NCBI GenBank assembly: GCA_947085095.1
Contig: CAMTVD010000016.1
Location: 29,056-93,055, forward strand
Reading direction: 5' to 3'
DNA: 64,000 nucleotides
From: an uncultured Thermus sp.
Lineage (GTDB): Bacteria > Deinococcota > Deinococci > Deinococcales > Thermaceae
Part shown: positions 37,944 through 51,387 of the stretch, piece after piece
Layout: every line of letters begins with the position of its first letter
Position numbering within the stretch: the stretch's first letter is position 1
Translations under genes and position numbers: made by a program
The notes under the pieces: generated by a model
Databases searched by the model: none
What the model was told of the DNA's origin: nothing
Seen by the model: only the letters and a program-made list of their open reading frames with translations

Positions 37944-39218
37944 ATGGAGCGGCCCATCTCCGAGGCCTACTTTGAGGAGGCGAAGCGGCACATTCCCGGC
38001 GGGGTGAGTAGCCCGGTCAGGGCCTTCAAGGCGGTGGGGGGGACCCCCCCTTACCTGGTGCGGGGCGAGGGGGCCTACGTCTGGGACATTGACGGAAACC
38101 GCTACCTGGACTACGTCCTGAGCTGGGGCCCCCTGATCCTGGGCCACGCCCACCCCAGGGTCCTGGCCCGGGTGCGGGAGGTTCTGGAGCGGGGCCTGAC
38201 CTTCGGGGCCCCCCACCCCCTCGAGGTGGAGCTCGCCAAGAAGGTGAAGCGGGCCTATCCGGGCGTGGAGCTGGTGCGCTTCGTGAGCTCGGGGACGGAG
38301 GCCACCATGAGCGCCCTGAGGCTCGCCCGGGGGTACACGGGCCGGGACCTGATCGTCAAGTTCCGGGGGAACTACCATGGGCACGCGGACGGCCTCCTGG
38401 TGGAGGCGGGAAGCGGGGCCCTCACCCTGGGGGTACCCTCCTCGGCCGGGGTCCCCGAGGCCTACGCCCGGCTCACCCTGGTCCTGGAGTACAACGACCC
38501 CGAGGGCCTGAGGGAGGTCCTGAAGCGCCGGGGCGAGGAGATCGCCGCCATCATCTTTGAGCCGGTGGTGGGGAACGCCGGGGTCCTCATCCCCAGCGAG
38601 GACTTCCTCAAGGCCCTCCACGAGGCCCAGGCCTATGGGGTCCTCCTCATCGCCGACGAGGTGATGACGGGCTTCCGCCTGGCCTATGGCGGGGCCACGG
38701 AGCTTTTGGGCCTCAAGCCCGACCTCATCACCCTGGGGAAGGTCCTGGGTGGGGGGCTTCCCGCCGCCGCCTACGGGGGGAGGCGGGAGATCATGGAGAA
38801 GGTGGCCCCTCTAGGCCCCGTCTACCAGGCGGGAACCCTTTCCGGGAACCCCCTGGCCATGGCCTCGGGCCTGGCCACCCTGGAGGTCCTGGAGGCCAAC
38901 CCCGGCCTCTACGCCCACCTGGAGGCGGTGGGGGCCCGGCTGGAGGAGGGGCTTAGGGAGGTCCTTTCCAGGAAGGGCGTCCCCCACACCGTCAACCGGC
39001 TGGGGTCCATGCTCACCATCTTCTTCAGCGAAGGCCCCGTGCGCACCTTCGCCGAGGCCAAGCGCACGGATTTGGAGCTCTTCAAGCGCTTCTTCCACGG
39101 CCTCCTGGCCCGGGGGGTGTACTGGCCTCCTTCCAACTTTGAGGCGGCCTTCCTCTCCACCGCCCACGGGGAGGAGGAGGTGGCGAGGACCCTCGAGGCC
39201 CTGGACGAAGCCCTATAA
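37944..39218 (+). CDS. hemL: Glutamate-1-semialdehyde 2,1-aminomutase
   Basis: PGGVSSPVRAF, SGTEATM, YHGHAD, DEVMTGFR, YQAGTLSGNP. Confidence 0.97.
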   Translation: MERPISEAYFEEAKRHIPGGVSSPVRAFKAVGGTPPYLVRGEGAYVWDIDGNRYLDYVLSWGPLILGHAHPRVLARVREVLERGLTFGAPHPLEVELAKKVKRAYPGVELVRFVSSGTEATMSALRLARGYTGRDLIVKFRGNYHGHADGLLVEAGSGALTLGVPSSAGVPEAYARLTLVLEYNDPEGLREVLKRRGEEIAAIIFEPVVGNAGVLIPSEDFLKALHEAQAYGVLLIADEVMTGFRLAYGGATELLGLKPDLITLGKVLGGGLPAAAYGGRREIMEKVAPLGPVYQAGTLSGNPLAMASGLATLEVLEANPGLYAHLEAVGARLEEGLREVLSRKGVPHTVNRLGSMLTIFFSEGPVRTFAEAKRTDLELFKRFFHGLLARGVYWPPSNFEAAFLSTAHGEEEVARTLEALDEAL

Positions 39219-39226
39219 TGGGGAAG

Positions 39227-39448
39227 ATGCGCTACACCGTGCTCCTTCGCCCCGACCCGGAGACCCCCGGGGTGTGGCTGGCCGAGGTGCCTGCTATCCC
39301 CTGGTGCGTCACCTTCGGGCGCTCCCCGGAAGAGGCTCTGGAAAACGTCAAGGACGCGCTTTCGGCTGCCCTGGAAGCCCTCGAGGCCCTGGGGGAGGCG
39401 CCGCCTCCCGATGTGGCGGTGGCCCAAGTCTCCCTAGATGCCGCCTAA
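39227..39448 (+). CDS. hicB: HicB-family antitoxin (N-terminal domain only)
   Basis: YTVLL...[29 protein letters not shown]. Start is 39227 (7 nt after TATAAT) or 39218. Confidence 0.87.
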   Translation: MRYTVLLRPDPETPGVWLAEVPAIPWCVTFGRSPEEALENVKDALSAALEALEALGEAPPPDVAVAQVSLDAA

Positions 39449-39650
39449 GACTTCCGAGGTGGCCCGCAAGCTGGAGCGGCTGGGCTTCCAACCCCTGCCC
39501 CGAAGGGGCAAGGGCGGGCACAGGGTCTACGTGCACCCGGACGGCCGAAGGGTGGTGCTGCCCATGCACTCGGGGGAGATCCCCTGGGGCCTTTTCAAGG
39601 CCATCTTGAAGCAAGCGGGCATCTCGGAAGAGGAGTTTCGCGAAGCGTGA
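39438..39650 (+). CDS. hicA: HicA-family mRNA interferase toxin
   Basis: KLERLGF...GKGGH.VY.HPDGR.VVLPMH...G...AILKQAG. Confidence 0.9.
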   Translation: MPPKTSEVARKLERLGFQPLPRRGKGGHRVYVHPDGRRVVLPMHSGEIPWGLFKAILKQAGISEEEFREA

Positions 39651-40945
39651 ACCTTAAAGACCCCATCTGCGCCATCGCCACGCCCCCCGGTAAAGGGGCC
39701 ATCGGCGTGGTGCGGCTTTCCGGGGAGGGGGCCCTGGAGATGGCCGCCCGGGCCTTCCGGGGCCGGGACCCGAGGCGCCTAAAGGGGGGGCGCTTCACCC
39801 TGGGGGAGGTGGTGGACCCGAGGACGGAGGAGGTCATTGACCAGGCCCTCCTGCTGGTTTTCCGCGCCCCCCGCTCCTACACCGGGGAGGACCTGGTGGA
39901 GTTCCAGACCCATGGCTCCCCTGCGGTCTTGAGGCGGGTGATGGAGGTGCTGGTCTCCTTGGGGGCCAGGCCCGCGGGAAGGGGGGAGTTCACCCTGAGG
40001 GCCTACCTGAACGGCAAGCTGGACCTGGCCCAGGCGGAGGCCGTGTTGGCCCTCATAGAGGCGGAAGGGGAGCTGGCCAGGCGGCAGGCCCTGAGGGGCC
40101 TCGAGGGGGCCCTTTCCCGAAAAATCGCCGCCCTAGAGGAGAGGCTTCTGGACCTCCTGGCCCACATCCAGGTCCTTTTGGACTACCCCGAGGAGGGGGT
40201 GGAGCCCCACCGGGCGGAAGGGGTGATCCGGGAGGCCCTGGGGGAGGTGGAGGGCCTTTTGGCCCAGGCCAAGGCCTCCCGCCTGGCCCAGAAGGGGGCC
40301 CGCCTGGCCCTGGTGGGGGCTCCCAACGCCGGAAAGAGCTCCCTCCTCAACGCCCTCTTGGGCTACGAGCGGGCCCTGGTTTCCCCTATCCCCGGCACCA
40401 CCCGGGACTACCTGGAGGCCCCCCTGGAGCTCTTCGGCATCCCCCTCATCGCCGTGGACACCGCCGGGGTGCGGGAGGCGGAGGACCCCCTGGAAAGGGC
40501 AGGGGTGGAAAGGGCCCTCAGGATCGCCGAGGAGGCGGATCTCGTCCTCTACGTGGCCGACCGCTCCGTTCCCAGGCCGCCCCCGCCCCCCCTCCCCTGG
40601 GAGAGGGTCATCCGGGTGGCCACCAAGGCCGACCTGCCCAAAGCCTGGGAGGACCCGGCCTTTCTGCCCGTTTCCAGCCTCACGGGGGAGGGGATGGGAA
40701 GGCTCAAGGGGGCCCTCAAGGAGGCCTTGCTGGGAAGCGGGGGTGGGGAGTTCCTCCTCACGGAAAGGCAGATGGAGGCCCTTCTTCGGGCCAGGGAGAG
40801 GCTTCGGGAGGCCCTCGCCCTTCCCGAGGACCTCATGGGCCTGGCCCTGGAGGAGGCCTTGAAGGCCCTTGCCGCCCTCACGGGCAAGGAGGTGGCGGAG
40901 GAGGTGGTGGCCCGGGTCTTCCAGAACTTCTGCGTGGGCAAGTAG
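39647..40945 (+). CDS. mnmE: tRNA modification GTPase MnmE
   Basis: [34 protein letters not shown]-terminal FCVGK. Confidence 0.97.
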   Translation: MNLKDPICAIATPPGKGAIGVVRLSGEGALEMAARAFRGRDPRRLKGGRFTLGEVVDPRTEEVIDQALLLVFRAPRSYTGEDLVEFQTHGSPAVLRRVMEVLVSLGARPAGRGEFTLRAYLNGKLDLAQAEAVLALIEAEGELARRQALRGLEGALSRKIAALEERLLDLLAHIQVLLDYPEEGVEPHRAEGVIREALGEVEGLLAQAKASRLAQKGARLALVGAPNAGKSSLLNALLGYERALVSPIPGTTRDYLEAPLELFGIPLIAVDTAGVREAEDPLERAGVERALRIAEEADLVLYVADRSVPRPPPPPLPWERVIRVATKADLPKAWEDPAFLPVSSLTGEGMGRLKGALKEALLGSGGGEFLLTERQMEALLRARERLREALALPEDLMGLALEEALKALAALTGKEVAEEVVARVFQNFCVGK

Positions 40946-40953
40946 GCCGGGCT

Positions 40954-43454
<2,501 letters not shown>

Positions 43455-43462
43455 TTACCCCC

Positions 43463-43602
43463 CTCTCTTATCGTCCCCGGGCGTTTCCCCCGCCCAGGCC
43501 GGCGTTGGCACCAGCCCCACCCCGATCCGGCCATGAAACGGAAGGGGCGGGAGGTTGCCGCGGTTTCACAGGGCCGTACCCTCCACCGCTCTGGATAAGA
43601 GA
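43463..43602 (-). ncRNA. SAM-I (S-box) riboswitch
   Basis: CUCUUAUCCAGAG.GGUGGAGGG.ACGGCCC.GUGAAACC..GGCAACC...GGUGCCAA...GAUAAGAG upstream of metY-metX. Confidence 0.97.
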
Positions 43603-43642
43603 ACGGGCTGGTTTTGGCCGCGCCCCGGCGCGGTTAGGGGAT

Positions 43643-43672
43643 AGTGTAGAAACCCCATGGCTTTCCCGTCAA
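43643..43672 (-). promoter_or_regulatory. Promoter for the S-box/metY-metX transcript: TTGACG-N18-TACACT
   Basis: Near-consensus hexamers upstream of the riboswitch, back-to-back with the tRNA promoter. Confidence 0.7.
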
Positions 43673-43678
43673 TCCCCT

Positions 43679-43707
43679 TTGACCTTTTCTCCTTCCTCCC
43701 CTATACT
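43679..43707 (+). promoter_or_regulatory. Promoter for tRNA-Pro: TTGACC-N17-TATACT
   Basis: Near-consensus hexamers with 17-bp spacing, 11 nt before the tRNA. Confidence 0.85.
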
Positions 43708-43718
43708 GGACTCCGCTA

Positions 43719-43795
43719 CGGGGAGTAGCGCAGCCCGGTAGCGCACCTCGTTCGGGACGAGGGGGTCGCTGGTTCAAATCCAGTCTCCCCGACCA
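43719..43795 (+). tRNA. tRNA-Pro (CGG)
   Basis: 77-nt cloverleaf CGGGGAG...CTCCCCG-ACCA. Anticodon arm CCTCG-TTCGGGA-CGAGG and T-loop GGTTCAAATCC. Confidence 0.98.
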
Positions 43796-43797
43796 CA

Positions 43798-43822
43798 GGG
43801 CCGGCCCTTGGGCCGGTCTTTT
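43798..43822 (+). terminator. Terminator after tRNA-Pro
   Basis: GGCCGGCC stem paired with GGCCGGTC, followed by TTTT. Confidence 0.75.
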
Positions 43823-43835
43823 GTATACTGCCCCC

Positions 43836-45299
43836 GTGCGCTTTCTGGCGGGCCTAGCCCTCTTCTTTTTGGGCCTCCACCTGATCACTGAGTCCTTGGC
43901 GGCCTGGAAGGGGCGGCGGCGGCTCCTTGCCCGGGTCCTGGCCTCCTCCTGGGGAAGTCTCTTGTACGGCCTCTTCCTTGGGGCCCTCTCGGGGAGTGGC
44001 TCGGGGCTTGGGCTTCTCGCCCTGGCCCTCCTCGAGGTGGGGGTCTTGACCCACCTCCAGGCGGCCCTCCTGGCCTTGGCCGCCACCCTGGGGGCGGGGG
44101 TCTGGGTGGGGCTTTTGGCCGTGGCCCCGGGGGAGATACGGGAAGCCTTCCTTCTTTTGGGGCTCCTCCTCTCCCTGGTGCCCGCTTGGCGGCGGTGGGG
44201 GCTTTTTTTTCTGGGTGTAGGCCTCCTTTTCTTGGGCTTTGGGGAGATGGGGGCGGGGCTGGCCCCGGTGCTGGCCCTGGCCCGGGAGGTGGAGGACCTT
44301 TGGACGGGCTATCTGGCGGGGCTTCTTCTGGGGGGTCTCCTGGGCTCGGCCAACGCCGTGGCCGCCATGGCCCTGCTCCTTTCCGGGGAACTGGCCGCCG
44401 CCCTGGTCCTGGGAGCGGGGGTGGGGACCACCAGCACCTTCCTTTGGGCCGCCCTTGGGGGTCGGGTGGAGGCTTTACGCCTGGGGGTGCCCCTCTTCCT
44501 CCACCGTCTCCTCCTTTCCCTCCTCCTCCTGCCCCTGGCGGGCGTTTTCCCTGGCGTTCTGCTCTGGCACCTGGGAGGGCACCTTCTCTACGCCCTCCTT
44601 TACACACCCCTCGCCCCTATCTGGGAAAGACTGGCTGAGCGGCTTTTCCCAAGACGGAGGGTGGCCCCCGAGTACCTGCGCCAGGAGGCCTTGGACACTC
44701 CCCTTCTCGCCCTGGCCCTGGCCCGGCGGGAGCTTGCTCGGGTGGCCGACACCGTGCGGGACATGCTGGCCCAGGCCATCCGCATCCTGAGCCAGGAGGA
44801 GGGGGGAGAAGCCAGTCTCCAGGACCTGGAAGAGAGGGTGGATGCCCTGACCCGGGAACTCGTCCTCTACACCTCGGAGCTGGTGAGCCGCACGGGGGAC
44901 GAGCGGGCGGTGGGGCTTTTCATGGCCGCCAGCGAGCTGGAGCACCTGGGGGATTTGGTGCGCCGGGTGGTGCGCCAGGCGGAGAGGCTCTGGTCCCAGG
45001 GTCTTCGCTTCAGCCCCGAGGGGAGGGAGGACCTCCTTTTGGCCGCCTCCAGGATCCTTTCACGCCTGGAGAAGCTGACGGCGGCCCTGGCCACGGGGGT
45101 AAGGGGCCTGGCGGAGGAGGTCTTGGGAGAGGGAGGAGAGGCCTTCTTTCAGAACCTCAGGCGGGCCCACCTGGCCCGCCTCGAGGCGGGTCTAGCTGAG
45201 AGCCGGGCCAGCACCCTGGCCCACCTGGACATCCTCCTCACTTTAGAGGAGGTGGATCAGGGCCTCGCCCGCCTAGCCCAGCTGGCCCTGGAGCTTTAA
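43836..45299 (+). CDS. Na/Pi cotransporter family protein with PhoU-like C-terminal domains
   Basis: [11 protein letters not shown]-terminus, degenerate repeats (LGAGVGTT), and a helical C-terminus (ELEHLGD, HLARL). Confidence 0.75.
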   Translation: MRFLAGLALFFLGLHLITESLAAWKGRRRLLARVLASSWGSLLYGLFLGALSGSGSGLGLLALALLEVGVLTHLQAALLALAATLGAGVWVGLLAVAPGEIREAFLLLGLLLSLVPAWRRWGLFFLGVGLLFLGFGEMGAGLAPVLALAREVEDLWTGYLAGLLLGGLLGSANAVAAMALLLSGELAAALVLGAGVGTTSTFLWAALGGRVEALRLGVPLFLHRLLLSLLLLPLAGVFPGVLLWHLGGHLLYALLYTPLAPIWERLAERLFPRRRVAPEYLRQEALDTPLLALALARRELARVADTVRDMLAQAIRILSQEEGGEASLQDLEERVDALTRELVLYTSELVSRTGDERAVGLFMAASELEHLGDLVRRVVRQAERLWSQGLRFSPEGREDLLLAASRILSRLEKLTAALATGVRGLAEEVLGEGGEAFFQNLRRAHLARLEAGLAESRASTLAHLDILLTLEEVDQGLARLAQLALEL

Positions 45300-45309
45300 G
45301 CTAAGGGGC

Positions 45310-45825
45310 GTGGTGAGGATCCTCGGCGGCAAGGCCAAGGGCGTGCCCCTCAAGGTGCCCCCCTCCGCCCGTCCTTCCCCGGTGCGCCTCAGAAAGGCCC
45401 TCTTTGACTACCTGCGCCTGCGCTACCCCAGACGGGGGAGATTTCTGGACCTCTACGCCGGGAGCGGGGCGGTGGGCCTCGAGGCGGCCAGCGAGGGGTG
45501 GGAGGCCACCTTGGTGGAGAAGGACAAAGAGGCCATCGCCCTTCTCCGGGAGAACGCCAGGCGGGCCGGGCTTCCCGTGCGCATCGTCCCCCTGCCCGTG
45601 GAGGTCTTCCTGCTGGAGACCCAGGCCAAAGGGGAGCGGTACACCGTGGCCTTCATGGCCCCGCCCTACCCCATGGACCTGGTGGCCGCCTTCCAGGCCC
45701 TGTTAGAAAGCGGCCTGGTGGAGGAGGGGGGGCTTTACATCCTCCAGCACCCCAAGGAGCTCCACCTGCCCCTGGGGGAGCGCCGGGTCTACGGGGAGAA
45801 TGCCCTCACCTATGTGGAGGCCTAA
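45310..45825 (+). CDS. rsmD: 16S rRNA m2G966 methyltransferase RsmD-like
   Basis: RILGGKAKG, RPS...RKALF, LDLYAGSGAVGLEA, APPY. Lies upstream of coaD. Confidence 0.9.
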   Translation: MVRILGGKAKGVPLKVPPSARPSPVRLRKALFDYLRLRYPRRGRFLDLYAGSGAVGLEAASEGWEATLVEKDKEAIALLRENARRAGLPVRIVPLPVEVFLLETQAKGERYTVAFMAPPYPMDLVAAFQALLESGLVEEGGLYILQHPKELHLPLGERRVYGENALTYVEA

Positions 45826-46311
<486 letters not shown>

Positions 46312-46331
46312 AATCCCCAAGGGAGGTTGGT

Positions 46332-47924
46332 ATGAAGGCTTTGGCTAGCAAGTACGGGAACGCCTTGGAGCTGGGCCACCTGATCGGGGGTGAGGAGGTT
46401 TTTGAAGGGGAGGTTTTGGAGCGGCGGAACCCTTCCGATCACGAGGACCTGATCGCCCGCTTTCCCGAGGGCACCAAGGACACCCTGAGGAAGGCCGCCC
46501 TGAAGGCCAGGGAGGCTTTCTTGGAGTGGAGCCGCACCCCGGCCCCGGTTCGGGGCCAGGTCCTCTTTAACCTGGCCAAGATCCTGGAGCGGGAGAAGCC
46601 CACCCTGACCCGCCTCATGGTGCGGGAGGTGGGGAAGACCTTCAAAGAGGCGGCGGGGGACGTGCAGGAGGCCATAGACACCGCCATCTTCTTTGCCTCC
46701 GAGGGGCGCAGGCTCTACGGCCAGACCGTCCCCAGCGAGATGCGGGACAAGGAGCTTTTCACCTTCCGGAGGCCTTTGGGTGTGGTGGGCATGATCACCG
46801 CCGGGAACTTCCCCATCGCCGTCCCCAGCTGGAAGCTGATCCCGGCGGTCCTCACGGGGAACACGGTGGTCTGGAAGCCCTCCGACGACTCCCCGGTCCT
46901 CTCTTACCTCTTCGTCAAGCTCTTTGAGGAGGCGGGCCTGCCCGCAGGGGTCATCAACCTGGTCTTTGGCGGGGGTAAGGACTCCACGGGTCAGTGGCTG
47001 GTGGAGCTCATGGACGAGGGGCTCTTCCAGAAGTTCGCCTTCACCGGGAGCACCAAGGTGGGCCGCTGGATCGGGGAGGTGGCGGGGCGGAACCTCATCA
47101 GGCCCACCTTAGAGCTTGGGGGCAAGAACCCTTTGGTGGTCATGCGGGACGCCGATCTGGACCTGGCGGTGGAGGGGGCCTGGTGGAGCGCCTTCGCCAC
47201 CGGGGGGCAGCGGTGCACCTCTGCGGGGAACATCCTGGTGGACGCCCCCATCTACGAGGAGTTCAAGCGGCGCTTCCTGGAGAAGGTGGAGGCCACCGCC
47301 ATCGGCAACCCCCTCCTCTACCCTGAGGTCACCTACGGTCCCTTCATCAACGAGAGGCTTTACACCCGCTGGCTGGAGCACTACCGGTGGGCCGAGGAGG
47401 ACGGGGCCACCCTCCTTTTCGGTCGGGGACGCATCACCCGGGACAACCCTTACCCCCGGTTCCACGGGGACCCCGAGGCGGGCCTTTTCGGATGGCCCAC
47501 GGTCTTTGAGGCCCGTCCCGGCATGCGCCAGTTCCAGGAGGAGATCTTCGGCCCCACCATCAACCTGGTGAAGGTGGACGGGATTGAGGAGGCCATAGAG
47601 GTGGCGAACAGCACCCCGTATGGGCTTTCTAGCGCCATCTACACCAACCACCGCCACTGGGCCTACCTCTTCAAGGTGGGCATCCGCGCCGGGATGACCA
47701 GCATCAACAACGCCACCGTGGGGGCGGAGGCCCACCTGCCCTTCGGCGGCGTCAAGGCCAGCGGCAACGGGGCCCGGGAGTCGGGGATCTGGGTCATTGA
47801 GGAGTACACCTACTGGCAGGCGGTGAATGAGGAGTACTCGGGGAGGCTCCAGCTGGCCCAGATGGACACCGGCTACGTGAGCCCCAAGGAGCCCACGGAC
47901 TGGGGGCGGGTGTTGGGGATGTGA
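46332..47924 (+). CDS. Aldehyde dehydrogenase with extended C-terminal tail
   Basis: FTGST, LELGGKNP, GQRCTS, EEIFGP, PFGGVKASG. Confidence 0.95.
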   Translation: MKALASKYGNALELGHLIGGEEVFEGEVLERRNPSDHEDLIARFPEGTKDTLRKAALKAREAFLEWSRTPAPVRGQVLFNLAKILEREKPTLTRLMVREVGKTFKEAAGDVQEAIDTAIFFASEGRRLYGQTVPSEMRDKELFTFRRPLGVVGMITAGNFPIAVPSWKLIPAVLTGNTVVWKPSDDSPVLSYLFVKLFEEAGLPAGVINLVFGGGKDSTGQWLVELMDEGLFQKFAFTGSTKVGRWIGEVAGRNLIRPTLELGGKNPLVVMRDADLDLAVEGAWWSAFATGGQRCTSAGNILVDAPIYEEFKRRFLEKVEATAIGNPLLYPEVTYGPFINERLYTRWLEHYRWAEEDGATLLFGRGRITRDNPYPRFHGDPEAGLFGWPTVFEARPGMRQFQEEIFGPTINLVKVDGIEEAIEVANSTPYGLSSAIYTNHRHWAYLFKVGIRAGMTSINNATVGAEAHLPFGGVKASGNGARESGIWVIEEYTYWQAVNEEYSGRLQLAQMDTGYVSPKEPTDWGRVLGM

Positions 47925-47926
47925 GC

Positions 47927-48295
47927 TTATTGGGCGCTCTCCAGGTCAGGCCGGAGTCTGACCGCTTCCCTCAGGTAGACGTGGCGCACCCGGTCCTGGG
48001 GGGTGTTCGTGTTCCAGAGGGCCAGGACCCGGATGACCCGGGGGAGGCTACCCGGCACCGGTACCTCCCGGGCGGAGAGGAGGGGGACGCGGTGCATGCC
48101 GATTTGGCGGGCGGCCTCCGCGGGAAAGGCGGAAACCAGGTCCTCGGTGACGGTGAAGATGACGGCAGCCAGCTCCTCATGGCTTTGGATGCCGTTGGCC
48201 TCCAGCATCTTCAGGAGGAGTTCCCGGGTGGCCTGGTGGATGGCCTCGGGGGTGTCCTCTTCCACGGTGATGGCGCCTCGGATGCCCCGGATCAT
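47927..48295 (-). CDS. aroH: Chorismate mutase, AroH class
   Basis: [34 protein letters not shown]. Confidence 0.96.
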   Translation of the reverse strand: MIRGIRGAITVEEDTPEAIHQATRELLLKMLEANGIQSHEELAAVIFTVTEDLVSAFPAEAARQIGMHRVPLLSAREVPVPGSLPRVIRVLALWNTNTPQDRVRHVYLREAVRLRPDLESAQ

Positions 48296-48354
48296 CGTTA
48301 GGCCCCATGCTAAGGGGTTTCCCCGGGGCAGGCAAGTTGGGTAGACTTTCCCCC

Positions 48355-49017
48355 ATGAACCTCATGGCGGTCTTTGCCCATCCTGACGACGAGATCGGGG
48401 CCGCGGGCACCCTGGCCCTCCACGCCAGGAGGGGGGACAGGGTTCTCCTGGTATGGATGACCAAGGGCGAGCTCGCCAGCCACTTTGGCGAGGCTCCCCC
48501 GGAGGAGGTGGCCCGGGTGCGGGAGGGGCACGGGGCCCACGTGGCGGGGCTCATCGGGGCCGAATACCGCTTTCTCCCCTTCGGGGACACCTTTCTCACC
48601 GGGGATAGAGAGGAGGCCTTGGCCCTGGCCAAGCTCATGGCGGAGTTCCGTCCCCAGGCGGTGATCACCTGGGACCCCCTGGATGTCCACCCCGACCACC
48701 GGGCCACCCACCAGGCGGTGCTTTCCGCCCTGAAGCTCTGCCGCATCCCCAAGCTGGTGGGGGAGGCCCACCGGGAACTCGTGCGCCTTTTCCACTATCC
48801 CAGGCGGGACCTCACGAGGCCCTGGGTCTATGTGGACGTGACGGAGACGGAGGAGGTGGCCGAGGCGGTCTTCGCCTTCTACCGGGAGTTTTACCGCTGG
48901 CCCTTCACCCTCGAGGACTTTCGGGCTCGGCGTCGGCTTCGGGGGCGGGAGGCGGGGGTTCCTTTTGCGGAAGCGTTTCAGACGGAGTCGCCTCCGGCAT
49001 GGCCGGGGCTTCCTTGA
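48355..49017 (+). CDS. PIG-L/LmbE-family deacetylase (BshB-like)
   Basis: AHPDDE, TKGE, HPDH, AEAF. Confidence 0.9.
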   Translation: MNLMAVFAHPDDEIGAAGTLALHARRGDRVLLVWMTKGELASHFGEAPPEEVARVREGHGAHVAGLIGAEYRFLPFGDTFLTGDREEALALAKLMAEFRPQAVITWDPLDVHPDHRATHQAVLSALKLCRIPKLVGEAHRELVRLFHYPRRDLTRPWVYVDVTETEEVAEAVFAFYREFYRWPFTLEDFRARRRLRGREAGVPFAEAFQTESPPAWPGLP

Positions 49018-50281
49018 TACCCTCCTCCAGGGCGTGGGCGGGGGTGAGGACGTAGGCCAGGATCACCGCGGGGAGCACCAGGGGCAAGGTGGCGTACCCG
49101 CCCCACTCCGCGGCCAAGACGGTGGCCGCGAAGGGGGCCCGGGCCACCCCGGAGAGGACCGCCGCCCCCCCGGCCAGGGCCAGGGCCTCAGGGGGTAGGG
49201 CCAGAGGGCCGGGGAGGTGGGCGAGGAGGGCCCCCATGAGCCCCCCCAGGACCAAGGCCGGGGTGTAGGGACCGCCGTAGGCCCGCACCCCCTGGGCCAG
49301 GAGGAGGAGGAGGAGCTTGGCCAGGAGGAGGTAGAGGAGGCCCCAGGGGGAGAGGAGGGGGGTGGTGGCGATGGCCACCCATCCCAGGCCGCTTCCCAGG
49401 GCCTCGGGGAGAAAGAGGAGGAAAAGAGCCAGGAGGAGGCCCAAAAGGGCGTGCCTCAGGGGAAAGGCCCAGGGCTTTAGGCGGCTTCGCAGGAAGCGGC
49501 TTCCCTCCGTCCAGGAGGCGGCTAAGGCGGCGGCCACGAGCCCGGTGAGGACCCCCAGGGGGATGGCCGCGAGGTCCACCTCCACCCGGAAGGGGAGCAG
49601 GGGCGCGTAGCCGAAGAAGGCCCCGTAGACGGCGAAGCCCGAGAGGGCCCCGATCAGGGCGGGGGTGAGGGCGCGGGCCTCGAGGAGGAGGGAGCGGTAG
49701 AGGATCTCCGTGGCCAGAAGGGCCCCGGCCACAGGGGCGTGAAGGGCGGCGGCCAGGCCCGCCGCCAGCCCGGCGAAGGCGAGCCCACCCCCCACCCGGG
49801 GAAAGCACCGGGCCAGGGCGCTTCCCAGCCAGAGGCCCAAAACCCCAAAGGGCCCTTCCCGGCCCATGGGGGAGTAGAGGGCGATCTGCAGGACCCCGCC
49901 CAGGACCGCTCGGGGGTGGGCGAACCTGGGCGGAGGGTGGCCCTCCCGGGCGGCGAGGAGGAGGGCGGAAAGCCCCTGCCCGGTGCCCAGGAAGCTGGTG
50001 AGGGCGAAGAGGAGGGGGAGGAGGAAGGCTAGGAAAGGGAAGGGCGGGCCGGTGAAAGCCTGGAGAAGCCCCCTCTCCCCGGGGGCCTCGGGGGGGAGGT
50101 AGCCAAAGAGGGAACCGAAGAGGGCGCTTAAGCTCCTCAGGCCCAGGTTTAAAAGGGCCACCAGAAGCCCCGCTAGGGCCCCGGTGAAGGCGCTATAGAG
50201 GATAAGGGGGCCCGTGTTCCGCATCCCCTCGTCCAAGAGGGTGGGGAGAAAGGCTGGGGTGCGGGGCAGGGGCCGCATCAC
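48905..50281 (-). CDS. ClC chloride channel family protein
   Basis: GREGP gating motif, LAAGLAAALHAPVAG, EILY, ARAP; multi-TM. The start may lie further downstream. Confidence 0.83.
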   Translation of the reverse strand: MMRPLPRTPAFLPTLLDEGMRNTGPLILYSAFTGALAGLLVALLNLGLRSLSALFGSLFGYLPPEAPGERGLLQAFTGPPFPFLAFLLPLLFALTSFLGTGQGLSALLLAAREGHPPPRFAHPRAVLGGVLQIALYSPMGREGPFGVLGLWLGSALARCFPRVGGGLAFAGLAAGLAAALHAPVAGALLATEILYRSLLLEARALTPALIGALSGFAVYGAFFGYAPLLPFRVEVDLAAIPLGVLTGLVAAALAASWTEGSRFLRSRLKPWAFPLRHALLGLLLALFLLFLPEALGSGLGWVAIATTPLLSPWGLLYLLLAKLLLLLLAQGVRAYGGPYTPALVLGGLMGALLAHLPGPLALPPEALALAGGAAVLSGVARAPFAATVLAAEWGGYATLPLVLPAVILAYVLTPAHALEEGIKEAPAMPEATPSETLPQKEPPPPAPEADAEPESPRG

Positions 50282-51387
50282 AGGAAGTGTACCAAAGAGG
50301 CTGGGGTTCCCCGGGTCAGGCGGGGGGTGGAAAGGCCCAAAGCCCGGTACCCACCCCGGGTGAGGGCCCGCACCAGGAGGCGGGGGTCGGCCTTTCCCAA
50401 GAGGTGGAGGGCCTCCTTTTTCGCGTCCAGGTCCGGGCTACTGGCCCGGGAGTCTGTTCCCAAGGCCAGCTCCACCCCGTGGCGGGCGTAGAGGAGAAGG
50501 GGGGCCTCCCCCACCTCCAGGTTCTGGTTAGACCGGGGGCAGAGGACCACCTTGGCCCCGCTTTGGGCGATGAGCTCCACCTCCTCCTCGTCCACCTGCA
50601 CCCCGTGGACCAGGATGGTCCCGGGCCCCAGGACTCCCAGGGCGTGGAGGTAGCGGATGGGGGTGAGGCCCGGGGGCTCCCAGGGGGTTTGGGCGTAGCG
50701 GGCGTAAAGGTCCGCCAAAGGCCCCTCTCCTTTCCGCAGGAAGCGCACCTCCTCCGGGCTTTCCGCCGCGTGGACCATGAGGGGGATGCCCTCGGCCTGG
50801 GCGTACTGGGCCAGCTTCTTCAGGAGGGGCGGGCTCACGGAGTAGGGGGCGTGGGGGGCGAGGCCCACCCGCACCCTCCCTTCCCGCCTGCGCCAGGCCG
50901 CAAGCTTCCCCCGCACCCTGGCGAAGACCTCCTCGGCCTCGCCGGGCTCGGGGGCGAAGACCTCGTAGAAGGCCACGCCGGGAAGGGGGCTTTCCTGGAG
51001 GAGAAAGTCCATGACCTCGTCCTTGAAGACGATGTCGCCAAAGGCCCCCACGCCCGCCTTTGCCAGCTCCTCCAGGCCCCGCCTGGCCCCCTCGAGGCCC
51101 CTCAGCTCCCGGTGGGCCACCACGTGGGGGATGAAGCCGGCGAAGGGCCCCCGGTAGAGGGGGAGGAGGGAGAGGTCCAGGTGGGTGTGGGCGTTCACCG
51201 GGGGCGGGAAAAGGGCCTTGCCCTTGTGGACCACCTCCCCTTGGGGAAACCGGGCCATGAGCTCCTCCAATGGTCCCTGGCCCACCACCACCCCCCCCTG
51301 CACCGCGATCCCGCCCCGGAGCATGGGGGTGCCGAAACCGGTGTAGACCACCTCAGCGGTCCAGATCTCCGTCCTTAGCCAGAACAT
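50278..51387 (-). CDS. Amidohydrolase-superfamily deaminase (aminodeoxyfutalosine deaminase-like)
   Basis: NAHTHL, PHAPYS, HAAES..E, VHGV, CPRSN, LGTDS. Confidence 0.8.
   Translation of the reverse strand: MFWLRTEIWTAEVVYTGFGTPMLRGGIAVQGGVVVGQGPLEELMARFPQGEVVHKGKALFPPPVNAHTHLDLSLLPLYRGPFAGFIPHVVAHRELRGLEGARRGLEELAKAGVGAFGDIVFKDEVMDFLLQESPLPGVAFYEVFAPEPGEAEEVFARVRGKLAAWRRREGRVRVGLAPHAPYSVSPPLLKKLAQYAQAEGIPLMVHAAESPEEVRFLRKGEGPLADLYARYAQTPWEPPGLTPIRYLHALGVLGPGTILVHGVQVDEEEVELIAQSGAKVVLCPRSNQNLEVGEAPLLLYARHGVELALGTDSRASSPDLDAKKEALHLLGKADPRLLVRALTRGGYRALGLSTPRLTRGTPASLVHFL

Noticed and set aside
43719..43830. Prophage or island integrated at tRNA-Pro
   Set aside because: No integrase and no duplicated tRNA 3' end seen; the downstream genes are housekeeping.
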